Assembly (NCBI GenBank): GCA_022825665.1
Contig: JAJDWI010000086.1
Span: forward strand, 838 to 64,837
From: Candidatus Poribacteria bacterium
Lineage (GTDB): Bacteria > Poribacteria > WGA-4E > WGA-3G
Direction: 5' to 3'
DNA length: 64,000 bases
Positions 19,641-28,554 of the stretch are shown in pieces; position 1 is the first letter of the stretch; every line of letters begins with the position of its first letter. Both the position numbers and the translations under genes were made by a program. A model generated the notes under the pieces. That model was not told where the DNA came from, did no database searches, and saw nothing but the letters and a program-made list of their open reading frames with translations.

Positions 19641-21104
19641 TTATTCATACTGCAGTGCCTCAATTGGATTTAGTTTGGATGCCTGCAGTGCTGGGTATAT
19701 CGTTGCTAACCAACAGATAACGAATGAAAGTAGATTTATGAAACATACAAAGAACCAATTTACTTTTATTGGTAATTGGTTCATCTGGTATATTTCGCTG
19801 AAACCTAATTCTTTAAGAGAAATTGGTTTCACGAGACAATATAACACAAAACACGCAGCCAGAGTCCAGAAGATTGCCAATCCCATTTTCATAACTTTTG
19901 ATTTAGGTATTAAACGGCGGAATGCAATTATGGTCTGACATAGAATTAGAACTATAATAGTTGCTATTGCAATCCAAGGAGAAGGTCTCAATATATTTGT
20001 GCTTAATAACCAGCAGAGTCCAAGTCCTAAGGCAGTTCCAGCAAATGTTCCTAACATACCGATAACACTTCCTTGAATAATGAAAATTCTCATTATATTT
20101 CCGCGTGTTGCTCCGAGCGTTCGGAGTGTCCCAACATCTCGTGTTTTTTCCATCACAGTCATAATTAGTGTGCTTGCGATATTAAATGCTGCCACTAATA
20201 TAATAAGTGCTTCGATTATAACAGTTGCGATTTTTTCCATTTTCAACGCAGCGAACAGAGCAGAATGTGTTTCTAACCACGTTGTCGAAATAGGCATTTC
20301 CAAAAACGAAAACGCTGCTTCCTCAAGGATGGGACTTAGAGTAGGTGCCATTTCAGCATCTTCTAATCTAACTAAGATGACATTTACGTTTCCAACTTGA
20401 TTATATAGTTTTTGTGCGATTTTATAATCAATAAAGCCGATACGGTTGTCATAAACCGCAAGCTCAGATTCATAGACTCCAATGACTACAAAATTGGAGA
20501 AATCAACTAAGAGCATCGGTGAACCAGAGGTTGCCGGATCTTCCACAAGTTTTACAACAAGACGTAAAACATCACCTCTTGTCAGCCCATGCCTTTGTGC
20601 TAAACGTGATCCCAGTACTATTCCCCCAGCAATTGTTTCCCCTTCTCTGAGTTCTGCTTCAGCAATTAATGGTGACGATTGAAAATCTATGGAACCGTTG
20701 ACTAATTGAGAAAAACCGGTTACCTTATCTTCCTGCGAAATGTCAATTCCTTTGACATAAATGGTATCCGTAATTCCTTCGCTGCCAGTCTGAAACACCC
20801 CCATTTGCGAATAGACCACAGGAGAGGCAGCAACAACACCCTCTACATCCATAATTCGTTCAATTCTATCTTGATAGTTACCAAAAAAACTGTTGCCTAC
20901 CAATCTTAGAGCGATATGTGCTTCATTTGCAAGAAACCTATCTCTCAGTCCATGTTCCACACCATCAAGAACTGCGATGACTAAAATAACAGTGGCAACA
21001 CCGAGACCAACGCCAACAATTGAGATAATGCTGATAATTGAAATAAAGGACTGTTTGCGTCGAGATAACAGATAACGGGATGCTACGAACCATTCAAATT
21101 TCAT
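19641..21104 (-). CDS. lolE: Lipoprotein-releasing ABC transporter permease LolC/E
   Basis: RYL...FISIIS N-terminus, VAAFNIASTL, YPAxxASxLNPIEAL. Confidence 0.88.
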   Translation of the reverse strand: MKFEWFVASRYLLSRRKQSFISIISIISIVGVGLGVATVILVIAVLDGVEHGLRDRFLANEAHIALRLVGNSFFGNYQDRIERIMDVEGVVAASPVVYSQMGVFQTGSEGITDTIYVKGIDISQEDKVTGFSQLVNGSIDFQSSPLIAEAELREGETIAGGIVLGSRLAQRHGLTRGDVLRLVVKLVEDPATSGSPMLLVDFSNFVVIGVYESELAVYDNRIGFIDYKIAQKLYNQVGNVNVILVRLEDAEMAPTLSPILEEAAFSFLEMPISTTWLETHSALFAALKMEKIATVIIEALIILVAAFNIASTLIMTVMEKTRDVGTLRTLGATRGNIMRIFIIQGSVIGMLGTFAGTALGLGLCWLLSTNILRPSPWIAIATIIVLILCQTIIAFRRLIPKSKVMKMGLAIFWTLAACFVLYCLVKPISLKELGFSEIYQMNQLPIKVNWFFVCFINLLSFVICWLATIYPALQASKLNPIEALQYE

Positions 21105-21158
21105 ATTTATTTATGCTTTTTATTAGGTGTTTTATCAATGCAATCTGCTGAAGCAGTA

Positions 21159-21731
21159 TTATATTTTTGTTAATTTTGTATAATGTTCAATCTTTATGTT
21201 GTATTTAACTAAATTTTCAAGTACACCCCACTTTTCTGCCTGTTTATGGAAACACTCCTCAAATTGCATGCCAATCTTTTGTAGGACCCTGCCTGATGCG
21301 ATGTTTCTGTCAATATGGAATGCGTGAATACTCCTTAATTTTATAACGTCAAAAGCATAATTTAGGATTACTCTGGCAGCTTCGGTACAATACCCACAAT
21401 TCCAATACGGTTTACCTATCCAATATCCGAGTTCACCTATTTTTTCTATTTTATCTATTTTTATGCTGATAGCTCCAATTAAAACTGGTTTGCTTACTTT
21501 ATCATTTTCTTTCAGAATAATTGCGAGGTTGATTCCTTTACCATTTTCAAAGTCATCGGCATGAGTGTCAATCCACGCCTCTGCCATTCCATCCTCATAA
21601 GGATGCGGTATTGCACACGTCATTGCGGCAATGTCCTTATCACCGGCAAGACGTTGCACCTCTGGAGCATCCTCAAGTGTAAATGAGCGGAGTATCAATC
21701 GTTCTGTGTGGAGTATTGGGGCAGTGATCAT
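21159..21731 (-). CDS. RimJ/RimL-family GNAT acetyltransferase
   Basis: LHTERLILR, ELGYWIGKPYW, NIASGRVLQKIG. Confidence 0.9.
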   Translation of the reverse strand: MITAPILHTERLILRSFTLEDAPEVQRLAGDKDIAAMTCAIPHPYEDGMAEAWIDTHADDFENGKGINLAIILKENDKVSKPVLIGAISIKIDKIEKIGELGYWIGKPYWNCGYCTEAARVILNYAFDVIKLRSIHAFHIDRNIASGRVLQKIGMQFEECFHKQAEKWGVLENLVKYNIKIEHYTKLTKI

Positions 21732-21732
21732 A

Positions 21733-23205
21733 TCAATTTTCTGGTCGCATTTGTGGAAACAGGATTACATCTCGGATAGAATATTGGTCTGTCAATAGCA
21801 TTGTTAGTCGGTCAATTCCTATGCCAAGTCCACCTGTAGGTGGCATTCCGTATTCCAATGCCCGTAAATAATCTTCGTCAACCATGAATGCTTCCTCATC
21901 ACCTTTTGCTAAATTACTTGCTTGTTCCATAAAACGTTGTCGTTGGTCAATTGGGTCGTTAAGTTCACTAAACGCATTACCAACTTCCATTCCACAAATA
22001 AAAAATTCAAACCTTTCCACAAGTTCTGGATTCTCCGGTTTCTTTTTTGCAAAGGGTGATACTTCAATAGGATAATCGTAGACTATAGTCGGTTGAATAA
22101 GTTTTGATTCTACAAGTACGTCAAATATTTCAGCGATAATTTCTCCAATTGATTCGTCTCCATCCAATTCAATCCCAGCACTTTTTGCTTTCGTAGAAAT
22201 TTCATGTTCAGATAGAGTTTCAGGATCAATGTTAGTATATTTTTGAATAGACTCAATCATTGTCATTCTTCGCCATGGGGGAGTAAAATCTATTTCTTGG
22301 TCTTGGTATGATATTTTAGTCGTACCGTGTATGTTTTTTACAGTCTTAGCAATTAGATTTTCTGTTAACTCCATAATTTCCAAGTAATCTGCATAAGCCT
22401 GATAGAGTTCAAGCATGGTAAATTCGGGATTATGATCTCTATCCATTCCTTCATTACGAAAATCACGTGAAAACTCGTAGACTCTATCAAACCCTCCAAC
22501 AATAAGCCGTTTTAGGTAAAGTTCATTGGCAATACGAAGATATAAAGGTTGGTCTAATGTGTTATGATATGTTGTAAATGGTCGTGCGCTTGCACCACCG
22601 TATATTGGTTGAAGAACAGGGGTTTCTACTTCAATAAATTCCTGTTCGTTTAACATATCCCGAATGGCTTGAACAATTTGTGTGCGTTTGACGAATACCT
22701 CTTTCACTTCAGGGTTCATGATGAGATCGGCATATCGTTGTCTATACCGTGTCTGCTTGTCTTGTAAACCGTGCCATTTTTCCGGGAGCGGTCGGATAGA
22801 TTTCGAGAGTAGTTCAACGGAGTCAGCAAGGATGGTTAATTCACCAGTCCGAGTCCGAAAAACAATTCCATTTACCCCAATAATATCTCCTACATCAAAC
22901 CGACGATAAACCAGGTAAGATTCTGCCCCTATGTCATCTCGGCGCACGTAAATCTGAATTTGTCCAGTGCTATCTTGCAAATGTGCGAAACTACTTTTAC
23001 CATGATCGCGCTTGGTCATAATCCTGCCTGCGACAGTGACACGGTTGGTTTCATCTGGAGTTTCAGTGACATCCTCGAATTCTACGCGGATTTTTTCTGT
23101 TGTGTGGGTAGGAGCATATTGATGTGGATAGGGGTCTATACCTGCTTTTCGTATTTCACTCAGTTTTTCCTTGCGTTGCCGCATTAAGTCATTTGTCTCT
23201 TCCAT
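21733..23205 (-). CDS. lysS: Lysyl-tRNA synthetase class II
   Basis: PLPEKWHGL, YRQRYADL, FRNEG, HNPEFT and PPTGGLGIGIDRL. Confidence 0.98.
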   Translation of the reverse strand: MEETNDLMRQRKEKLSEIRKAGIDPYPHQYAPTHTTEKIRVEFEDVTETPDETNRVTVAGRIMTKRDHGKSSFAHLQDSTGQIQIYVRRDDIGAESYLVYRRFDVGDIIGVNGIVFRTRTGELTILADSVELLSKSIRPLPEKWHGLQDKQTRYRQRYADLIMNPEVKEVFVKRTQIVQAIRDMLNEQEFIEVETPVLQPIYGGASARPFTTYHNTLDQPLYLRIANELYLKRLIVGGFDRVYEFSRDFRNEGMDRDHNPEFTMLELYQAYADYLEIMELTENLIAKTVKNIHGTTKISYQDQEIDFTPPWRRMTMIESIQKYTNIDPETLSEHEISTKAKSAGIELDGDESIGEIIAEIFDVLVESKLIQPTIVYDYPIEVSPFAKKKPENPELVERFEFFICGMEVGNAFSELNDPIDQRQRFMEQASNLAKGDEEAFMVDEDYLRALEYGMPPTGGLGIGIDRLTMLLTDQYSIRDVILFPQMRPEN

Positions 23206-23331
23206 GTGTCTACCCTCCTTTCAACTTTATGAACAACTTAATTATACCTTCATTTTCTGTTTGTTGCAACATGAAAACTTTGGAAGAACCGATTTGATCT
23301 ACTTTTTGAATAACTACTTGATTACCTACAT

Positions 23332-23481
23332 TTAAAACTTTTTACTTCTGAGTTCTCCCCACAAAACTAACTTTTTCCCAACAGCGTTTACACTAAGAAC
23401 TTCTTCAACAGAGGATTGGAAACCCATCTATTTTGATGGACTGTTCGGTTTAAGATTGTAATCATGTTTGTGAATATTTAC
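23332..23481 (-). pseudogene. C-terminal remnant of the third beta-helix paralog
   Basis: Translates VNIHKHDYNLKPNSPSK*MGFQSSVEEVLSVNAVGKKLVLWGELRSKKF*, colinear with the C-termini of the two intact paralogs. In-frame TAG at 23428-23430. Confidence 0.85.
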
Positions 23482-23560
23482 CAAACGTTGCGGTGTGAAA
23501 GCCCAATGCTTTAGATTTGGGATGAAACACCGCCAAACGTCTCCTTCGTTAAAAATAACC

Positions 23561-23589
23561 TTGATTTTATCCAAGAAATGTGGTATCCT
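23561..23589 (+). promoter_or_regulatory. Promoter inside the IS200/IS605 element
   Basis: TTGATT-17-TATCCT with extended -10 TGG. Predicted start ~23596 coincides with the first stem of the structured region. Confidence 0.55.
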
Positions 23590-23595
23590 ATTTAT

Positions 23596-24022
23596 ACCAA
23601 CTGGATAGGAGAGCAATCATTCACTACCTTGTGAATGTCCTATCCAATCCGATTGCTCGGACAGAGTTGGTGTTGGAAAAACCGACAATACCATATTCGG
23701 ACTATACTTATGAGGTTATGATCCTCACTTCGTTTATGATGAGTTCTGAAATCGCATCATAGAGATCGTGTAGGTGTTCCCTACCCGACCGCGATAGAAA
23801 CAGAACGCCAAGAAAAAGTATCTGGGTCGCGCATTTGGGGAATATACGGACCCCGTTAGTCGTGCCTTGGCGGGCACCCCCGCAGTTGCTGCAACGGTCA
23901 ACTCGGCTTAAAACTGAGTGAGTATGCTATAAGCATATAAAAGATGCCCACATTTTCAAAATACGCAAGGCGTGAGAAGATGACCTAAGGAACCCCAATC
24001 CTTTAGGTTTGGGAGCCGTCAG
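23596..24022 (+). ncRNA. Putative structured ncRNA (5' pseudoknot plus omega/reRNA-like 3' part)
   Basis: Dense perfect stems, including crossing pairs GGATAGGA/TCCTATCC and GAGCAATC/GATTGCTC. Ends at the IS right-end hairpin. Confidence 0.5.
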
Positions 24023-24587
24023 TATCTCCATACAGGTAAACACCTCCTCCAATATCAGAACCTGCACGGTTGCCCTTTATTATACAGGATGATAGATATA
24101 AATTAGAATCAATACAATATATTCCACCCCCGGTTCCACTGGAATCAAAAAAATCTCCTGCGCTGTTTTCAGTTATGACACAGTTTCTAATTGTTGGTGA
24201 GGAATTGTTACAATATATACCAGCCCCATTTAGATGTAATCCATTTGTTATAGTGAATCCATCTAATACCGAGTTGTTGGTTTCTCTGCTGTGGAATATG
24301 AATCCTCTTGTTTTTTCCTTTCTTTTACAATCAATTATTGTCACCTCTGGACCATTTTGAGACTTAAGTGTTATCTGTTTCCCTTTGAAATCAATGTTTA
24401 CATTTCCTATACCTTTGTAAACACCATCAGCAACTAATACAGTATCACCATCTATTGCTGTATTAATACCTGCTTGTATTGTAGGATGTTCAGCAGGCAC
24501 ACGAATCACTGCTGCAAATGTATGTACATTGGCGAAAAGTAATAATAGAATAATCATTATATTGACAATAACCCTACTAAATTTCAT
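24023..24587 (-). pseudogene. N-terminal part of third beta-helix paralog, truncated by the IS element
   Basis: ATG 24587 after GGAGG. VPAEHPTIQAGI...GDTVLVADG and GGGIYC repeats. Homology stops at the IS right end. Confidence 0.88.
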
Positions 24588-24589
24588 GA

Positions 24590-26002
24590 TTACCTCCATC
24601 TATTATGTCTATGGTCCTTTCGTTTTATATCTGCCCATCTTAACAACCGTTTACCAACAGGTACAACACTTAGGGCACCTCCAACCGAAGTTTGTGGTCC
24701 CATACCTAATACTGGACTATCTCCCCTAAGCCTATAGTCTCCTCGGTCAGGATTTCTAAAAAGTGGATCCATATCTATGTTGTCTTCATAAACAAACAAA
24801 TTTCCATCAGGTTCTTGTCCAATATGATCGAGTCCATCCCTAATAACGTTTGATTTAAATACTATCCCTCTACCAGCAACAAATACCTCAGGATTTCTGT
24901 CATCCGAATTATTACCCCAGACAATTGAATTAGTTAACTTAAATGAGGTTAAACTAAAAACATATAAACCACCACCTCTCTCGCTTGCAGTATTCCGCGT
25001 GATAGTGCAATTACTAATTTCTGCATATCCATGCTTAGACTCACCGACTTCAATTCCACCACCCCACCTTGTGGCTATGTTTTCAGCTATAATACAGTTA
25101 GAAACTTCGATAATTCCTGATGGACTACAGTAAATTCCTCCACCGTTTTTTGCTGTGTTTTGTCTGATGTATGAATTGTCGATCTTTATTCTGGAATACT
25201 CACTTGCTTCCAAACCACCCCCAGTGTTTTGGGCAATTTCACAATTTGTAATGAATGTGGTACCTGCAAAAAATGAACATACAACACCGCGTAAACTATT
25301 ATGTAATATCTTAGAATCTTTGATTTCACAACTGACGAAATCCAGTATATGAACGCCACTGCCAGTATTCTCTGAAATAATACAATTGATTAGTTGCGGT
25401 TGAAAATACGTGTCTCTAAATCCACCATCAATTTCATTACTTCCATCAAAGTATATTCCACCACCATACGTGTATTCTGCAATATTGTTTGATATTGTAG
25501 AATCAATTATTATTGCTTCAGAATTGAAACAATATATTCCACCACCCCGTCCTGTACCACTTTCGTCCCTAAGTGCTTTGTTCCATGAAATGACACAATT
25601 CTTAATTGTTGGAGAAGCATTATTGCAGTAAATCCCACCACCATTTAAATCTCTACCATTTTTAATAGTAAATCCATCTAATACTGATGTATGTGTTTCT
25701 TCATTTTGAAAGGTAAAACCACGCGTATTTGGGGTCCACAAACAGTTGATAATTGTCCCTTCAGGTCCATTCTTGGACTTAACTATAATCTGTTTTCCCT
25801 TAAAGTCTATGTTGACATTACCGTCACCTTTGTATACTCCATTAGCAACTAAAACCGTATCCCCGTTTTGTGCAGAGTCAATACCCGCTTGAATTGTTGG
25901 TTGATCGGCAGGTACATTAATTGTTACAGCATAGGTTGAGATATTCACACAAAGCAAAATTATATAGATAAAGATGTGGACACAAAATCTATTAATGTTC
26001 AT
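24590..26002 (-). CDS. Secreted right-handed parallel beta-helix (pectin lyase-like/PMP-repeat) protein
   Basis: Signal peptide, VPADQPTIQAGID...GDTVLV, GGGI-x-C repeats, DPLF...DYRL, C-terminal LSVVPVGKRLLRWADIK. Confidence 0.9.
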   Translation of the reverse strand: MNINRFCVHIFIYIILLCVNISTYAVTINVPADQPTIQAGIDSAQNGDTVLVANGVYKGDGNVNIDFKGKQIIVKSKNGPEGTIINCLWTPNTRGFTFQNEETHTSVLDGFTIKNGRDLNGGGIYCNNASPTIKNCVISWNKALRDESGTGRGGGIYCFNSEAIIIDSTISNNIAEYTYGGGIYFDGSNEIDGGFRDTYFQPQLINCIISENTGSGVHILDFVSCEIKDSKILHNSLRGVVCSFFAGTTFITNCEIAQNTGGGLEASEYSRIKIDNSYIRQNTAKNGGGIYCSPSGIIEVSNCIIAENIATRWGGGIEVGESKHGYAEISNCTITRNTASERGGGLYVFSLTSFKLTNSIVWGNNSDDRNPEVFVAGRGIVFKSNVIRDGLDHIGQEPDGNLFVYEDNIDMDPLFRNPDRGDYRLRGDSPVLGMGPQTSVGGALSVVPVGKRLLRWADIKRKDHRHNRWR

Positions 26003-26029
26003 GTAATCCTCCTAATCTTACGCCACTAT

Positions 26030-27421
26030 TTAGTTACGCTTCAGGTCTGCCCATTTAATTATTCGTTTCCCTGTAGAGGACACACTAAGAGAATCCTCAA
26101 TAAAATTCTCTTCCCCTTGATCATTTGCTTCTTGATCCTCTTCTTCACGGGATGCGGTTGCTCCCATTTCTGTTGCCGGACTTACACGTTTAAGTGTATA
26201 ATTCCCATTCTCAGCATTTACGAACAGTGGGTCTTCATCAATGCTATCTTTATAAACAATAGATTTAGCCCATTGCTCCCCAAATCCTTCAAGTCCGCCT
26301 CGTAAAACACATGAAATAATACGAACTGTTGGACCAGCTCCGAAAAATTCTGGGTGAGTACCATTTGATGTATTGCCCCAGATAATAGATTTAGTGCATT
26401 TGAAGGTTGAACCTTCAAGAAGAGCATGCACCCCGCCACCTCTATTATTCGCTGAGTTTCTTGTAATTGTACAATATGATATGTTTACATGTCCAAAGGT
26501 AGAAATAGAATCAATACCACCACCAGATTCTGTTGCTATGTTCTCTGCAATAACACATCCAATAACGTTAAGCCTTGATGTTGGACTACAAAGGATACCG
26601 CCACCGTTTTCAGCTGTATTCTGTTTGATAATTGAATCAGTAATTGTTAAACCGGAATATTCCCTACATTCAACACCACCATCCAAGTTCTGTGAGATTA
26701 TACAATTCGTAATTTTTGCACCTGAAAAAGAGTTACAAAAAATACCCCGACCAATGTTTTGAGAGACTGTGCTTTTTGTTATTGTTGCGGATGCATGAAG
26801 TAAACAATAAATTCCATGTCCTTTATTTTCAGATATATCACAATTGATTAGATTCGGTCCACTAATAGGTTTTTCTATTACCTCACCATTCCTTGTATCC
26901 GGTTCTAAAATCAGGATACCATTGCCATCTCGGTTGTTTGTAATCTGACAGTCAATTATTTTAGCCTCAGAAACAATACAGAATATTCCACCACCGCTGT
27001 TATCCGTTATAATACAATTCTTTATCGTCGGTGACGAAACATCACAAAAGATTCCACCACCATCACTATTATTTCCATTCTTAATTGCAAAACCCTCTAA
27101 CACAGTATCATTGGTTTCCTTATTTTGAAAAATAAACCCTCGTGAATTTGGTGTGGATAGACAGTTGATTATAGCTGCCTCTGGACCATTCTGTGATTTT
27201 AAGGTAATTTGTTTACCCTTGAAATCTATGTTAGTATTACCTTCACCACTATAGATTCCATCAGCAACTAAAACCGTATCACCGTCTTTTGCAGCATCAA
27301 TGCCTGCTTGAATTGTCGGCTGATCTGAAGGCACTTGAACCACCGCTGCAAATAGAATCGCATTTACACATAAACAACAAATTACGATTGATATATACAG
27401 AAAAGTTTTATAGATATTCAT
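26030..27421 (-). CDS. Secreted right-handed parallel beta-helix protein (paralog)
   Basis: Same architecture as 24590-26002. C-terminal LSVSSTGKRIIKWADLKRN. Confidence 0.9.
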   Translation of the reverse strand: MNIYKTFLYISIVICCLCVNAILFAAVVQVPSDQPTIQAGIDAAKDGDTVLVADGIYSGEGNTNIDFKGKQITLKSQNGPEAAIINCLSTPNSRGFIFQNKETNDTVLEGFAIKNGNNSDGGGIFCDVSSPTIKNCIITDNSGGGIFCIVSEAKIIDCQITNNRDGNGILILEPDTRNGEVIEKPISGPNLINCDISENKGHGIYCLLHASATITKSTVSQNIGRGIFCNSFSGAKITNCIISQNLDGGVECREYSGLTITDSIIKQNTAENGGGILCSPTSRLNVIGCVIAENIATESGGGIDSISTFGHVNISYCTITRNSANNRGGGVHALLEGSTFKCTKSIIWGNTSNGTHPEFFGAGPTVRIISCVLRGGLEGFGEQWAKSIVYKDSIDEDPLFVNAENGNYTLKRVSPATEMGATASREEEDQEANDQGEENFIEDSLSVSSTGKRIIKWADLKRN

Positions 27422-27452
27422 GAGTGACTCCTATACTGTGGGCGATCACTTA

Positions 27453-28551
27453 TTAGGTGGGTTTCATTTTCAGATAACTCTCAATAAACATATCAATTTC
27501 ACCGTTCAGGACTGCATCAACATTACCGGTCTCTATATTTGTTCGGGTATCTTTCACGCGTTGATAGGGATGAAGGACATAAGATCGGATTTGACTTCCG
27601 AAGTCAATATTCCGTCTTTCAGGTTGTAGTTTCGCAATTTCTTCATCACGTTGTGCTTGAAAATGGTTGAATAGTCGAGAACGGAGGACTTTCATTGCAA
27701 TTTCTCGGTTTCTGTGTTGAGATCGTTCATTCTGACACTGTACCATAATATTGGTAGGTATGTGAGTTATTCTGACAGCGGAATCGGTTACGTTAACATG
27801 TTGTCCGCCGGCACCACTTGCGCGGTAGGTATCTATGCGTAGGTCTTCTGTGTTTATTTCCACCTCTATGTTATCATCTATTTCAGGAGTTAGATGCACC
27901 GCGGCAAAAGAGGTGTGTCGACGATTGTTAAAATCATACGGTGACAGACGGACAAGACGGTGAACACCTGATTCTGCCTTTAGGTAACCATAAGCGTAAA
28001 CACCTTTCACTAAAATAGTAACACCTTTTATACCGGCTTCATCACCAGATGTTAGATCAACTATTTCAGTTGTATAGTTATGTTGATCACACCAACGGAG
28101 ATACATACGCATTAGCATACCTGCCCAATCTTGTGCGTCAACACCTCCTGCACCAGGATGAATGTTTAGGATTGCATTGTTCTCATCAAACTCCCCATCC
28201 AACATCAATCGGAGTTCTATTTTCTCAAACTGTGTACCGATTGTTGATAATCCATTCTGAATTTCCGGTTCTAAACTTGTATCATCTTCCTCTATAGCAA
28301 GTTCCAAGAGAGTCTGTATATCATCAACCGAACTCCTCAACTTTTCATATTCGCCTATTTCATCTTTAAGGGCTGCAATACGTTGATTCACAGTTTGTAC
28401 CCGTTGAGGATTCCCCCAAAAATCGGTTGCCATTGCTTCCTTTTCCAGATCCTCTAATTCTTTCTGCTTTGAAGCAAGGTCAAAGAAACCCCCTAAGCTC
28501 ATTTAGTCGCGTTATTACTGATTCAACATCTGTTTTTATCTCTGTTAACAT
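27453..28551 (-). CDS. prfB: Peptide chain release factor 2 (programmed +1 frameshift)
   Basis: ATG 28551 MLTEIK...RGFL, then CTT-TGA-C. The downstream frame has SPY (SPF-like) and GGQ. Confidence 0.97.
28479..28494 (-). other. RF2 +1 frameshift signal
   Basis: AGGGGG TTT CTTTGAC: internal Shine-Dalgarno, 3-nt spacer, slippery CTT followed by TGA. Confidence 0.95.
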
Positions 28552-28554
28552 TTA

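Larger units (their letters stand above)
23482..24022 (+). mobile_element. Non-autonomous IS200/IS605-family element (PATE/MITE), 541 bp
   Basis: Near-identical subterminal hairpins CCCAATGCTTTAGATTTGGG (23502) and CCCAATCCTTTAGGTTTGGG (23994). Guide AAAG with flanking TTAC (23478-81) on the left. Guide GAAC with terminal TCAG (24019-22) on the right. No TSD. Confidence 0.88.

Noticed and set aside
23428-23430. In-frame TAG as possible stop-codon readthrough or pyrrolysine
   Set aside because: It lies in a fragment already disconnected from its gene, and TAG is used as a normal stop elsewhere in the window.
23428-23616. 62-aa minus-strand ORF and overlapping 60-aa plus-strand ORF (23580-23762)
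   Set aside because: The first is a chimera of IS left-end sequence and the pseudogene tail. The second overlaps the structured region and has no recognisable protein features.
23603-23658. Canonical HDV-like/theta ribozyme
   Set aside because: The strand order is similar, but P3 is 6 bp and there is no P1.1 GG or J4/2 catalytic strand. Reported as an unknown motif instead.
24023-27421. Diversity-generating retroelement acting on the paralogs
   Set aside because: No reverse transcriptase and no template/variable repeat pair with adenine-specific mismatches was seen.
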